Shown here: piece by piece, positions 1 through 10,592 of the stretch
Position numbering within the stretch: the first letter of the stretch is position 1
Layout of the letters: every line of letters starts with the position of its first letter
IMG/VR virus record: IMGVR_UViG_3300032282_004527
Span: 1-62,835 of that record
Source: a virus
Taxonomy: Duplodnaviria; Caudoviricetes
Strand: one strand, 5' to 3'
Length of the DNA stretch: 62,835 bases
Position numbers and translations under genes: made by a program
The notes under the pieces: model-generated
Told to the model about the DNA's origin: nothing
Database searches by the model: none
What the model saw: only the letters and a program-made list of their open reading frames with translations

Positions 1-33
1 GCATTTGTGACTCCTTTTCTAGGTACTATTTTG

Positions 34-987
34 TTATTTTATTTTCATGCCGTAACGGTAGTTTTGCGGATTTAGGATGAAGTCGTTGTCTTCTTGAGGG
101 GGCCCGATAGGCTGCCTCGGAGCCATCCTAGGATCTTCCCGTCCTTGGTAAGAAGGCCCCTGCCCAGCAGAAGGATCTTCTTCTTCCACCCCCTGATTCG
201 CTCTCTTAAGATGCTCTCTAAGAATTTCGTCTGTAGACCCACCCCCCGAACCACTAATATATTTTAACGCATTCATCGCCTCAAGGGCTACGGCTGCGCC
301 TAAGAATTTTTTGTTGAGTATGGCTTTTGGGGCCCCGGCCGCCAGCATGCTTCCAACACTCCCAAAAAATTGATCCATAGCGTCATGATTTTCTGGGTCT
401 CCTCCCATCCCAAGAATTCTTTGCAGAGCATTAGAAACATGAGCCCCATAATAATTTCCGCCAACTCCTAATGCCAGTCTACCGGGACCGCTCTCCGCCA
501 AAGGAATGCTCTTTTTTAATAAAGAATCAAATTTATCTGTAAATGAAGGGTTTATCGGGGGAACAGCGGCGGCTGTCGGCGGAGCGGTAGCTGCTGCTGT
601 CGAAGAAGGTGCATTTAGATTGCCTAAGTTTATTGGAAGAGAAGATGTTGGAGGTGGGGGAGGAGGTGGTGGGGGAGGAGGGGCCGCCCCGCCACCACCC
701 CCAGAAGAAGAGGAAGACCCCCCGGTTGGCATATTATTATTCCTAGTGGAAGCCACAGACTGATTATACGTGCCAACAGATCCGTTAAGATAATTAGTCA
801 CGGATTCTTTCTGCGAGTCAGTTAGCCTATTCCAATCAGACCCACCCTCATTATTACCCTGCTGAATACTATTTAAATATAGGTCTATTAGTTCCTGTGC
901 TGCCGAGGGTTTAGCGTAATGAACGTCTCTAAGAGGGGAGTTATCTCTTATATATTGCATAAAAAAGGCGAATTCATTATTGTTCAC
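34..987 (-). CDS. Pro/Gly-rich hypothetical protein, possible virion or ejection protein
   Basis: 317-aa ORF with AGGAG upstream, a poly-Pro linker and Gly/Ala-rich hydrophobic segments; co-oriented with the terminase block. Confidence 0.6.
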   Translation of the reverse strand: MNNNEFAFFMQYIRDNSPLRDVHYAKPSAAQELIDLYLNSIQQGNNEGGSDWNRLTDSQKESVTNYLNGSVGTYNQSVASTRNNNMPTGGSSSSSGGGGGAAPPPPPPPPPPPTSSLPINLGNLNAPSSTAAATAPPTAAAVPPINPSFTDKFDSLLKKSIPLAESGPGRLALGVGGNYYGAHVSNALQRILGMGGDPENHDAMDQFFGSVGSMLAAGAPKAILNKKFLGAAVALEAMNALKYISGSGGGSTDEILREHLKRANQGVEEEDPSAGQGPSYQGREDPRMAPRQPIGPPQEDNDFILNPQNYRYGMKIK

Positions 988-1013
988 TTGAAGGACTCCT
1001 TACTTAGCAATTG

Positions 1014-4000
1014 TCAAACTTCCCAGGGCATTCTCTTCTTCTTCTGGGGCTGCATAGGGTCTAGATCGTTTAACAGCCTGTAGACTGGGGATTCTCGTTC
1101 CTCGATGTATGGCTTCGGAGCCGGAGTATCTACTCCCTTAGTCAGCACGTCGTACCAAGGTCGAAGGGCGTCGTAAGCCATATAAGCAATGTTAAGGGGA
1201 GCCATCACCTTAGGGGCTAACACCTCTGCCCCTAAGAATCCTACCCCACCCAACATCTTAGCATAATCAGTATCTATTTTGTGCCCTGAGTACTCGTTTA
1301 AAGACTCTCCTAGACCACTGCCCATCAGAAGGCCTCCAAGACCAGGAAGTTTATTCAGAGCCCAGCCGAGCACTGCACCTTCCGCTGCGCCCTTACCGAA
1401 GCCGAAGAGTGCCTGGCCGACATCTCCTCCCGACGTCTTGTACTCTTTTCCAGCCTCCCCAACACCCATCAACCCAGGGAAGGTAAGAGAATGTACGTAG
1501 TCGCTGTACGGAGCATACTTTCTCCCGGTAGTCTCCTCTAAGTACTTACGATAGCCGCCAGCTACACCCTCTGCTAAATCCTTAGCATCTTCTAAGCCCT
1601 GATTCGTCATACCCATAAACCCAGCACTACTGCTTCTATCGCCAGATTTAAAGACTCTCCGGGGGGGAGGCTTGCTAGGATCAGCCGGAGGTTCCTCAGA
1701 GATACCCGGCCCAACCACCTCTGTTGGAGTTAATATTGCCCCCCGCTTGCTGGGGGGAGGGGTAGGCGACTCTTGCGGAGCTCCTTGCGCCTCTAGGCTC
1801 TGTCTTACTAGGTCTGTTGCTTCTCTCTGTATCCGCTGCGCTTTAAGGCCCTTACCTGAATCTCTTTCGTTTCTTTGTTTGCGGAGGACGTTTAGGATCT
1901 CATCATAGGTAATATTTTCACCCTTATTAATAAGTTCTGCTCTAAACGACTCCTCAAGAAGAGGGTTATGTATTTGATCCCCTCTGAAGCGCTGCTTGGT
2001 TTGTCGATCCAACTTCCATGGTTGATCTATGTCCCGTAACTGGCTAAAAAATTCATTTGGGGTGATTCTCTGACTTCCTCTAGAGAAATTAGGATTATTT
2101 TTTCTAGCAGCAGTTTCTTTATTGTCCATATCTTCCTGAATCTTTTCAAGAAGCCTTTCCCCCTCCACCCCCATTTTGCCTAGCGTGTCAATAATTTCTT
2201 TAGGAATATTTACGTAATATTTAAAATTATTATTAATAAACGGAAAAACCTCGGGACGACTCGGCGTTTTCCCTTCGAGAGAGTTAAGATACTCGCTTCT
2301 TACGCCTAGAGGAATAGAATCCCACCTTTCTACAAGGTCTCTATCTCCTTTGGATGACATTAGACTTTTTGACATCTCCGGCAGCCAGGACGGTACTCCG
2401 AGTGAGGGGGCTGACGTGGCAGGAGATGTACTGGGCTGTTGCGCGACCCCGCCTTCTTCGGGACGAACTATCGTCATGGGCACGCCTCGTAAACCCCTAG
2501 CACCCTCCGTAGTTTCCACCTGTCTAAAGTACTCGGCAAAATCTTGAATAGTCGGAAGATTGGTCTCTGAAACATCGTTTCTGAGACTTAAGAACTGGTC
2601 TAGCACCCCTAATGATTTTTGGTTGTTTTTTATTTTTTCGGCCGCCTCTTTTATCCTCGGATCTCTAGACGACACCCAGTTTTCTATCACAGCCTCTCGA
2701 ATCTTCTGTACGTCTTCGGGAGACCTAGACGCCTCCGCCTCGGCCGCACGAGAAGAGCGGTATTCCGAAAGAACGCGCTCGTCTTCTGCTATAGCTTGTT
2801 TAATAGTAGTAATATCTTGGCTATTTGGATTGTTTGTCTCAAGGACAGCTAATTTTTGTTTGTTCTCCTCTATTCTTTTTTGAGCTTCTATCTCCCCCAT
2901 CCCGCCAGAAGTGGTGAACGTGCGCTCTCCGCCAGGACGCTGTTGGCCTTGCTGCTGCCCCCGGAGGCGTGCGGCATTAAGAACACGAAACCTTCTCGCT
3001 TGGTCCGCAGGTTCCCGGTCCACATACGTGTAAAACTCTTTTACCGCATCTACTCTTTGCTGGTATTTTTGTTGGGATTCTTTTTCCCCCCGCGAAGGAG
3101 TATAACGACGATTCATGCGGGCGGCATTGACAATGCCTCCTACATCTTCTACCTCAAGGGTCGACCTCCTATCGCCCCAAAAAGCCCTAGTGTTCTTTTT
3201 TTTGTTTTTAATGTGTTTGAAATATTCTGAATAATACTCTGGGAGAGTTGTCTCTATCTCTCGAATAAGATCAGCGCTAAAGTTCTCTGGCCACCCCCAA
3301 TCTATTTCTGCTCGGAGTTTGGCTACTTCATCGTTGCTTATAGTTCTTCTAAAATCTTCCGCATCTATCTTATTTATATCTACGTTGTTTATGAGCCACT
3401 CTTTGTTTTCGTCTGTAAGCCCGGACCCTTCAAGATGGGAGTTCATTAGCTGTTTTATTTCTTCTTTGTCAGCGGCATTACGTGTGCTGTCTGACTTTGG
3501 AAGAAGCCAACTAACAGAAAAACGACTCGAGGCTTTGCCAACGTTCTTAGCGGCGTTCTCTTTACGCCGTTGCTCTAGTTTGTATATCTCGTCTTCGCTC
3601 CCAAGGATACTTATAAGATTATTGCGATATGTCTCTAGTTCAGCAGTTTTTTTGGTTATTTCGTCCTGCACTCTATTTTTTTCTTGCTCATCAGTAATAG
3701 ACGTTAATGAGTTTTTAAGACTACTGATCTCTTTTTCAGTCTGGGCAAAAAGAGGAAGTTCTCTCTCTATCACCCGCTCGGGCCGATTATAGCTAGCGTC
3801 ATTAGTACGAACGCGATGCCCCTCTTCTTCAGAGGTAAGACGCGAAAAGAACTCGTCTCTCGTAAGGCCCATACCCAGTTCTCTTTTAGCCTCTTCTGGT
3901 AAAGCGTCAAAAGAACTAAATAAATTATTTACTGCTTTTTCTACACGACCCCTAATTTCTCTGGTTGCGCCCCGACCACTGCCGTATTCATGTTGAGCAT

Positions 4001-7000
4001 CTAGATACTCCGCAAGACTACGTTTAAACACTTCTCGAGGGTCTTTAGAAATAGAAAGAGGATCCGCTACAACTTTTAATTTGCCCAAATGCGGGCCCAT
4101 TCCCTTTTGAGCGCTTCTTCTTCGCTGCTCGAGGGCTGCGGGAATGTGATCGGCTACGTCTCTTTTTTGACGGATGGCCTTATTTTTTGTTTGCTCTTTC
4201 TGATTTTTTATTATCTGACTCGTCTTTTTTATCAGGGATTCGCCTATATTTTTGTTGTATTTAGTAATGTCACTAAAAAGATTGCTTACAACCTCTCCCC
4301 AAGTAGTTGGCTTCTTAGAAGAGTACCCTTGTCTTTCTCTTACCTTATCGGCGTGTTCTTCCAAGAATACATCAAAAGCCTGCTCAAAAGTAAGTTTACT
4401 TAGCTTGCTGGCTTTTTTTTCTTTGGTAGTGACCGCGTTTTCTCGTTCAAACGACTCTTTTGCTTTTTCGTATAACTCTTCTACAGTCTTATCGGAAGCA
4501 CCCTCGAGAGTCGCGTCAAGAAACTCAAGCATAGCTCCGTATCCTGGCAGGTCGGAAGCGCGTCTTTTCGGGCCCCCGACAGGAGACTCCGTAATCCTTG
4601 ACTGCTCAAACAAAATACCACCCAAACCCCCAGGAACGTTCTCAGGCGTAATCCTATCTTCTGGAAAATTATCACTACTTTTTTCTTTTATCTGTTCTTG
4701 AAGTTTTTCGTATTCTTCTTTAGTCAGGTCTTCAAGAACCGAGGTCTGAATTTCTTTTATATTTTTAGTGTTTTGTTTATTTTTTTCTGCGGTTTCAATC
4801 TTTTCACGTTCGCGGAATGTACGCCTAGCGTGCTCTGGGTCCGCACTAGCGGGAGGAACCCCATAAATCTCGACCAATCTCGTCAGTTCCGACTTAATGT
4901 CTTCTATTTTGTCGTCTATCTCTTCTACTCTCTTTTTTTTGTTTTTGTCGTTTTCATACCCTTTCTTTTCTTTCTCGAGGTTTAGTCTTGTCTGTTCTAA
5001 CTCTACTATTCTTTCTCTTGCCTTTTCGTCGTTTTGTTCGGCTCCTTCGCGTATCTTTTTGACAAGATCAGAAGAAGACTGTCCTAGTGAGATTGGTGAG
5101 ATCGTGCCTAAACTGCGCGCCTCTATCTCTGTGTCGCTAGCGCGTGCTAGTCTAATTGCTTCTTTTATTATCTGGTTGTTCGCCTCAATTACCCTGTTGT
5201 CTGCTTCAAGCTGCTTGTTCAGGTAGTTTGCCAGTGCGGCAGTTATTTTTGATGTGTTATACGTAGATACGCCCGGATTATCAGAAACAAAGTTTTTTAG
5301 GTTGAGCAACTCTGTATAGAACGTACCAAAGGCCTTATTTGCGTCCGCTTGTGCACGGCCTATCGAAGAGGCGCTTTTGTCCCTTATATTTTTAAGTTGG
5401 TTACTGTTGCGTCGTAAAGACCGGATCACGGCCAGCTCAAGAGATGCAGAACTTCCCCTCTGCTCGGCTATAAGGGCCCTCTGCTGCGCTGGGGTGAGTT
5501 CCTTAAATTCTTCATCAAATTCTTTTGAAACCTTTTCGGCCTCCGCCAGGGTCGATAACTTTTCTTCCGCAAGAGTAGTGGCCTCATTCGTTTGTAGTTT
5601 GTTTTGTTCTATACGGTCTGCAATGCTCCTTAAGGTATCTCCTAAGTATCTTACTCTCTGGGTGGGATCCGAAATGTCTCGGTACTCTCTTCTACTAAGC
5701 TCCGGATCCCTAAAAAACAGGTCAATAAACTCAGCAGAGTTTCTCAGGGCCCCAGGAGATACTGCCCTGCCTGAGGGATCTCTCCAAGTAATATTAACAA
5801 TCCCTCCCGCGCCTGCGTGCGTAGCGTAATCCCCCGGCGCGGTTTTAAACCTATTCGGATCGTTACTTTCTTTTTCCGCCAGCGCACTGCCTAAAGTATC
5901 AAAAAAATCTTGCCCGAGTTCGCCCAGACCTCTAAAACTAGAGGACCTAAGACTTTCTAGTTTTTTCGCCTCGGCTATCTCCTCCTCTGTGGGAGGGTCG
6001 TCCCCCCTTAAGCGGACAGGTCCACGAGCCGCTGATCTGACTCTAGATTTGACGTTCCCCGCCCGGTCAGATCGAAGATCGTCTAGGTCGTCTAATGAAT
6101 CATCGTTTAAAAAATCTCTTTCTTCTTCGCCGTCTATTTCGGTGTCTTCTTCCGGAGATTCGTCACTATCTGTATCAAATTGCTCCCCCATCCGGTCGTT
6201 ATAGAGAGATTCTCGCGCCGCTGCGTCCTCCTTCGAGGAGACTGAACGGTCGAGCAGCGAGTCCGGAGGGGCCTCCGTAAAACGATCTGTGTCTAGAACA
6301 AAAGCTGTCTGTACTACGTTCCGCCGACCACCGTCGTCTGCTTCTTTTTGTGAAGTTAATTTTTCTACCTTCACCCCGTCAATAGGTCGCCAAATAGAAA
6401 CACCGCCAAAGTAACGAGAAGAATTGGAGTACTCTCCCCCCAAACGACTATTCGGCTCGACGTCGGGACGAACAAACACTAGCCTAGATCGGCCCGTAGT
6501 ACCTTCTCTTGGGGCTTTTTCTCCAAGAGAAACCTCTACAACGGCTGTCCTATAAATCTCATCCCCCTCGGCCCGACCTACTCGAATCAGAGGACCGGGC
6601 TCGACGGAAAAGTTTTCCCTAAACGTAAGGAGATTGTTTTCTTTATCTTCACCCAAAAGCTCGTATAATTCTGGATGCTTTTTAAAGACCTCTGCGTTTT
6701 CTGAGTTTACTTCGTATGTCTCGCCCGGAGGAAGCTCTCTTAGTCTAGGTAGCTTTTTTTCTGTTTTCGCTCTTTTTTGCTGGGCTACCCTTTGTCTGGC
6801 TTCCGCCAGGAATCTATCCACATGAGAATCACGGGAAGAAGTAGCAGTCGAAGTGGACGGACTCCACTTTTCCGATACCACCCCCTTAGGGCCGACTACG
6901 ATAAGGTTTCTTTTTAGTTTATTTTTGGCGGCGTCGATTGCGTGGCTGGTCCCGCCAAAGCCCCGCCCATCCGAGAAAGCCAAGGCCAGATCGACACCCC

Positions 7001-7472
7001 TCATGATGGATATGTTTCTTCCGTTGGCCGCGTCAGCGTAATCTCTTCTGTTGTTATTATAAGACTCAAAAATAGTCCCCCCCAGGTCGTTGGGCCCTCG
7101 AGGAATCGGAAACAATTTAATTTCTACATTGTTTTTCTTAGCCCAGTCGTGTGCATACCTATCTACCCCTCCGCCTGGAGACTCCCCTAGATTGAGGACT
7201 AAGACCCGCCCCTTTTCTTCGACTTTTTTTAAAAGGTCGTCAAGAGTACTATTTACCACTTCTTCGCTTATTCCCGGCCATTGTATTCCATCCCTAGTCT
7301 CTGGCCCCCTATGCCCAGAAATACCAACAACATACTTTTCTTTGTTGGTATTGCTTGGTCCAGGCTCAGAAGTAGGTCCAGGCTCAGAAGTAGGTCCAGG
7401 CTCAGAAGTAGGTTCATCTTCGCCCGTAACACGGACATTATTCTGTTGGGAGTCTCCGCTATTTTGTGTCAT
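1014..7472 (-). CDS. Giant (~2150 aa) protein with N-terminal SLOG/YspA-like nucleotide-binding domain, coiled coils and C-terminal glycine-zipper segments
   Basis: VVGISGHR...GESPGGGVDRYAHDWAKK...GRNISIM...LAFSDG...GGTSHAIDAA matches the YspA/DUF2493 SLOG pattern; start placed at ATG 7472 after AAGGAG. Confidence 0.7.
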   Translation of the reverse strand: MTQNSGDSQQNNVRVTGEDEPTSEPGPTSEPGPTSEPGPSNTNKEKYVVGISGHRGPETRDGIQWPGISEEVVNSTLDDLLKKVEEKGRVLVLNLGESPGGGVDRYAHDWAKKNNVEIKLFPIPRGPNDLGGTIFESYNNNRRDYADAANGRNISIMRGVDLALAFSDGRGFGGTSHAIDAAKNKLKRNLIVVGPKGVVSEKWSPSTSTATSSRDSHVDRFLAEARQRVAQQKRAKTEKKLPRLRELPPGETYEVNSENAEVFKKHPELYELLGEDKENNLLTFRENFSVEPGPLIRVGRAEGDEIYRTAVVEVSLGEKAPREGTTGRSRLVFVRPDVEPNSRLGGEYSNSSRYFGGVSIWRPIDGVKVEKLTSQKEADDGGRRNVVQTAFVLDTDRFTEAPPDSLLDRSVSSKEDAAARESLYNDRMGEQFDTDSDESPEEDTEIDGEEERDFLNDDSLDDLDDLRSDRAGNVKSRVRSAARGPVRLRGDDPPTEEEIAEAKKLESLRSSSFRGLGELGQDFFDTLGSALAEKESNDPNRFKTAPGDYATHAGAGGIVNITWRDPSGRAVSPGALRNSAEFIDLFFRDPELSRREYRDISDPTQRVRYLGDTLRSIADRIEQNKLQTNEATTLAEEKLSTLAEAEKVSKEFDEEFKELTPAQQRALIAEQRGSSASLELAVIRSLRRNSNQLKNIRDKSASSIGRAQADANKAFGTFYTELLNLKNFVSDNPGVSTYNTSKITAALANYLNKQLEADNRVIEANNQIIKEAIRLARASDTEIEARSLGTISPISLGQSSSDLVKKIREGAEQNDEKARERIVELEQTRLNLEKEKKGYENDKNKKKRVEEIDDKIEDIKSELTRLVEIYGVPPASADPEHARRTFREREKIETAEKNKQNTKNIKEIQTSVLEDLTKEEYEKLQEQIKEKSSDNFPEDRITPENVPGGLGGILFEQSRITESPVGGPKRRASDLPGYGAMLEFLDATLEGASDKTVEELYEKAKESFERENAVTTKEKKASKLSKLTFEQAFDVFLEEHADKVRERQGYSSKKPTTWGEVVSNLFSDITKYNKNIGESLIKKTSQIIKNQKEQTKNKAIRQKRDVADHIPAALEQRRRSAQKGMGPHLGKLKVVADPLSISKDPREVFKRSLAEYLDAQHEYGSGRGATREIRGRVEKAVNNLFSSFDALPEEAKRELGMGLTRDEFFSRLTSEEEGHRVRTNDASYNRPERVIERELPLFAQTEKEISSLKNSLTSITDEQEKNRVQDEITKKTAELETYRNNLISILGSEDEIYKLEQRRKENAAKNVGKASSRFSVSWLLPKSDSTRNAADKEEIKQLMNSHLEGSGLTDENKEWLINNVDINKIDAEDFRRTISNDEVAKLRAEIDWGWPENFSADLIREIETTLPEYYSEYFKHIKNKKKNTRAFWGDRRSTLEVEDVGGIVNAARMNRRYTPSRGEKESQQKYQQRVDAVKEFYTYVDREPADQARRFRVLNAARLRGQQQGQQRPGGERTFTTSGGMGEIEAQKRIEENKQKLAVLETNNPNSQDITTIKQAIAEDERVLSEYRSSRAAEAEASRSPEDVQKIREAVIENWVSSRDPRIKEAAEKIKNNQKSLGVLDQFLSLRNDVSETNLPTIQDFAEYFRQVETTEGARGLRGVPMTIVRPEEGGVAQQPSTSPATSAPSLGVPSWLPEMSKSLMSSKGDRDLVERWDSIPLGVRSEYLNSLEGKTPSRPEVFPFINNNFKYYVNIPKEIIDTLGKMGVEGERLLEKIQEDMDNKETAARKNNPNFSRGSQRITPNEFFSQLRDIDQPWKLDRQTKQRFRGDQIHNPLLEESFRAELINKGENITYDEILNVLRKQRNERDSGKGLKAQRIQREATDLVRQSLEAQGAPQESPTPPPSKRGAILTPTEVVGPGISEEPPADPSKPPPRRVFKSGDRSSSAGFMGMTNQGLEDAKDLAEGVAGGYRKYLEETTGRKYAPYSDYVHSLTFPGLMGVGEAGKEYKTSGGDVGQALFGFGKGAAEGAVLGWALNKLPGLGGLLMGSGLGESLNEYSGHKIDTDYAKMLGGVGFLGAEVLAPKVMAPLNIAYMAYDALRPWYDVLTKGVDTPAPKPYIEERESPVYRLLNDLDPMQPQKKKRMPWEV
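7357..7410 (-). repeat. 3 x 18-bp in-frame tandem repeat encoding TSEPGP
   Basis: ggtccaggctcagaagta occurs three times in tandem. Confidence 0.95.
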
Positions 7473-7504
7473 TACCGTGGCCCTCTCCTTGCCTTCTTCT
7501 GCTT

Positions 7505-9409
7505 TTAAACTTCCCAAAAAGAGTGATTATTGCCGTAGTCTTCTTCGACACTCTCGTCACCGATATTTAAAACATGCGGAGGAATGTAATCGCCGGCCTG
7601 CTCTAGCGCCTTGATAGCCAACCCAAGAGCAATGACAAGATCGTCATGAGTTCCCTTTTTAGCCCCCATACCCCCGTCTCCGAGGTTTGCGAACACCTGC
7701 AATTCCCTGAGGAGGTCGATAGAACGGAGCACTAGTCTAGGGGCCCTTCTCTCGTCCATAACCGTTTTGAAAAGCATTCTTCCGGCCCCGCGCATGATCT
7801 CTCTCTGCATCTCACCAATCAGGACGGCTTTTGTCTTGTAGTTCATCTCCCACCCAAGGGCAGGGGCTAGTTTTTGCTTTTTTATGTCGTCGATTTTTTC
7901 CCATCGGCCTATCAGAGGGTATTGTACCTCTTTGAACCTCTTCTGTATAGCGTACCCAGCCCCCTGACCCCCTACCTCAGGCATGATCATTGCGGTGTTG
8001 TAGTAGTGCCCAAGATTCACCATCTCGTCCGCAAAGTCAAAAGCAGCAATAACCCTACTATTATATTCAGCAACCTGGTGCATCTCTTTTGAGAGTACTA
8101 CGCCTGCACAGAAGTCGGCATCCGACGCCGCTACTGCGTCATCTAGGTCTGCACCCGTAAGACCCTCCTCTGCCGCCTTACCAAGGGCCGCGTCACACCC
8201 TATCCCGTAAACCATCCCTTCCCGAGGAAACTCCCAGATCGTCAACGGTCCGTTAGGGTCCTCTACAAAATAAGGACGCCGGATCATGCCGTTGTCTGGG
8301 ACAATGAGCTTGCCCGTCCTACCGTTTTTAATCGTGTTCTCCCGATACCAGAGAAGAGACTGCTTATCAAACACTGTCTGGCCTGCGGCGGCAAAAGCCT
8401 CGTCTACGGTTGGCGCATATTCAAGGTCAAAGATGGCCTTATTTCCCTGACACTTCTCTGCGAGGGCTTTCCTGCGCCATGAGATGTTCCCCCAACTTAT
8501 CCCCTTCATCTTTTGACGTAGAGACTTCTCATACTCGTCGGCAGACCCTGCGATCTCCATCATCTCTTCGTGGGTCAGATTATGCTCGTAATCGAGCCAA
8601 AAGGGCAGAAATATGGGGCACCATTCGGGAAGGTCGTTAGACCCCTTGAGCTCTGTCTGGCGGTCTCTGGCACGCATAAACTCGTCATAGAAGTACCCGT
8701 CAGCACCGTTCGACGTAGACTCAATGAACGCATACGTCTCCGGCTCCGAGGGGATGCACTGAAGGATTGATCGGGTCGTAGCGTAAGCGTCGTTCCACAA
8801 AGCCACCTCCGTTAGATGGGCGCACTGATAGTGAGAGCCTCTACCAATGTGGACGTTCTTCGCCGTACCGATCTCTACGCCAGACATCAGCCCAGGATGG
8901 TAAAGACGAGTCGTCTCATCCGGGTTACCCATGATAAGCATCCCCTTGGTACGGCGATACTTCAAAGGACGCAGATTCTCCGGGAGAGTCTCGTAGTACA
9001 GTTCGGTCATGTTGAAGATTTTTGTAGCAGACCCGGACTCAAAGGAAACGATACGAGCATCCGTGTGCTTCCAAAAACGCATGCGCCAAAAAATGAGAGC
9101 CTCGATCAGCGTAGAGATGCCCACCTGACGAGCTTTCAGTACAATGAACCTTACCGGCTTCCTCTTCTCTCGATACTCTTGAATTTTTGCATGCACGATT
9201 TGCTGACCGCGATTAAACTTAAAGTCAGTAATCTTTCCCTCTTTTGTGTTGATTTTAAGATACTGCTCAATGAACGGCCGAGGATCTGATTGAAAAACCT
9301 TAAGGGCTGCGGCGTCTTCTGCCGAAGATAGAAAAGGATTCACTACGTTGTCCGACTGCCGCCATGCGAGTTCCATCGGAGTCAGTTTACTTAGGGCTTT
9401 ACCGGGCAT
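7505..9409 (-). CDS. terL: Terminase large subunit
   Basis: LKARQVGIST Walker A, HLTEVA Walker B, ESTSNG coupling motif, GCDAA and HDDLVIALGLA nuclease acidic residues. Confidence 0.93.
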   Translation of the reverse strand: MPGKALSKLTPMELAWRQSDNVVNPFLSSAEDAAALKVFQSDPRPFIEQYLKINTKEGKITDFKFNRGQQIVHAKIQEYREKRKPVRFIVLKARQVGISTLIEALIFWRMRFWKHTDARIVSFESGSATKIFNMTELYYETLPENLRPLKYRRTKGMLIMGNPDETTRLYHPGLMSGVEIGTAKNVHIGRGSHYQCAHLTEVALWNDAYATTRSILQCIPSEPETYAFIESTSNGADGYFYDEFMRARDRQTELKGSNDLPEWCPIFLPFWLDYEHNLTHEEMMEIAGSADEYEKSLRQKMKGISWGNISWRRKALAEKCQGNKAIFDLEYAPTVDEAFAAAGQTVFDKQSLLWYRENTIKNGRTGKLIVPDNGMIRRPYFVEDPNGPLTIWEFPREGMVYGIGCDAALGKAAEEGLTGADLDDAVAASDADFCAGVVLSKEMHQVAEYNSRVIAAFDFADEMVNLGHYYNTAMIMPEVGGQGAGYAIQKRFKEVQYPLIGRWEKIDDIKKQKLAPALGWEMNYKTKAVLIGEMQREIMRGAGRMLFKTVMDERRAPRLVLRSIDLLRELQVFANLGDGGMGAKKGTHDDLVIALGLAIKALEQAGDYIPPHVLNIGDESVEEDYGNNHSFWEV

Positions 9410-9411
9410 AA

Positions 9412-10017
9412 CTAAAACTCCGTCTCTTCCATGGAGGCTTCTAAGTCTGCCTGCAGTCCGCTGGTGAGGACTTCACGATAGTCCATTGGACGATAATCAA
9501 CAACCATCTGATGAAAAATATTTCGAGTGTCGTCTACATTGTTAGACTTCGACATTTCTTCTATCGCCTTTTCTGAAAGGTCCTTTCTAGGCTTAGAAGA
9601 TTTGTCAAAGTCAGTCATTATCTTGTAGATGAACTTGTCTTCTTCTCTTAAGTTAGCGATTTCCTTGTTTGGAAAATCTTCATCTAGTCCTTGTTTTAGT
9701 CTTCTTTGGCGTCTTGAAACTTCTTCCGATATCTCCTCTCTACGCAAAAGAGAGCGCTTTAATATTCTTAAAATCTCAATCTTCGCGCTCTCTATTGTTA
9801 GTTCTTCTGCAGCAGACAAGTACTGCCTCTGCACCTGGGAGTACCTCTTTATCATCTCCCTTGAATCGATGATTCCGAGTTTGTCTGCAATCTCGTGAGG
9901 TTCGAGCCCTTGAGCGAAATAAATTTCAACCATCTTCTGGATTTCGTCTCGAAAATTCCTCACTACAGGACGTAGCGAGGTCTCGGCTGTCGTAGGTTTT
10001 ATTCTTATCTTCTTCAT
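9412..10017 (-). CDS. Putative terminase small subunit / HTH protein
   Basis: Immediately upstream of terL; HTH-like GLEPHEIADKLGI followed by helical coiled coil. Confidence 0.5.
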   Translation of the reverse strand: MKKIRIKPTTAETSLRPVVRNFRDEIQKMVEIYFAQGLEPHEIADKLGIIDSREMIKRYSQVQRQYLSAAEELTIESAKIEILRILKRSLLRREEISEEVSRRQRRLKQGLDEDFPNKEIANLREEDKFIYKIMTDFDKSSKPRKDLSEKAIEEMSKSNNVDDTRNIFHQMVVDYRPMDYREVLTSGLQADLEASMEETEF

Positions 10018-10400
10018 ACATCCACCCAGTTATCTACAAGACTTCTTCCAGCCATGGCTTCTTCGTTTATCTTTTCATAGAAGTCGTCGTCAGCCATAGA
10101 GATGGCTACAGGTACAGGTCGCTTTCTTGCATACTCTTCGCTAGGGGGAGGGGGTGGTGGAGATTCTCGATTATAGGCCGAGACGTACTGAGCTAGGTTT
10201 TCCATCTCGGGGAAGTCGTTTGTCGGCTTAGGATGCACAACCGTACTTGAAGATTTTTTTTCGCGTATCTCGTCTACAAACAGCAAAGCATTCCTGGCGT
10301 TGTCTATCGTAAAAGCCTTGAAAATGTTACCAGCAACAAACCCAGCAAGCATTACGCCCGCCCCCATAAGGAAATAACTTTTTGGACTAGTGCTCTCCAT
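10014..10400 (-). CDS. Hypothetical protein with N-terminal membrane anchor
   Basis: 128 aa; hydrophobic YFLMGAGVMLAGFVAG; stop/start overlap with the next gene. Confidence 0.6.
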   Translation of the reverse strand: MESTSPKSYFLMGAGVMLAGFVAGNIFKAFTIDNARNALLFVDEIREKKSSSTVVHPKPTNDFPEMENLAQYVSAYNRESPPPPPPSEEYARKRPVPVAISMADDDFYEKINEEAMAGRSLVDNWVDV

Positions 10401-10403
10401 TAC

Positions 10404-10592
10404 CTACCCCTTCCCCAGATCGTCAATCTTTTTTTCTATCCTAGCCAGACCCTCAGCAATAAAGTCTGCGCTTATGCTGTTGTTGATTTTTCTTCTTATG
10501 ATTTCGCTTACCGAGGTGTTTTCTTTTTCAGCCTCTTTCTTCAGCAAGAGAAATTCTTTTGGCTCTATACGCATAGTTACTGTCGTTTTCAT
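10404..10592 (-). CDS. Ribbon-helix-helix (CopG-like) DNA-binding protein
   Basis: KTTVTMRI...LKKEAEKENTSVSEIIR is a typical RHH pattern. Confidence 0.75.
   Translation of the reverse strand: MKTTVTMRIEPKEFLLLKKEAEKENTSVSEIIRRKINNSISADFIAEGLARIEKKIDDLGKG

Noticed and set aside
1014-7472. Virion RNA polymerase (N4- or crAss-type) in the giant ORFs
   Set aside because: No convincing catalytic motif; FDTDSD lies in an acidic low-complexity tract, and the 1773-aa protein shows none either
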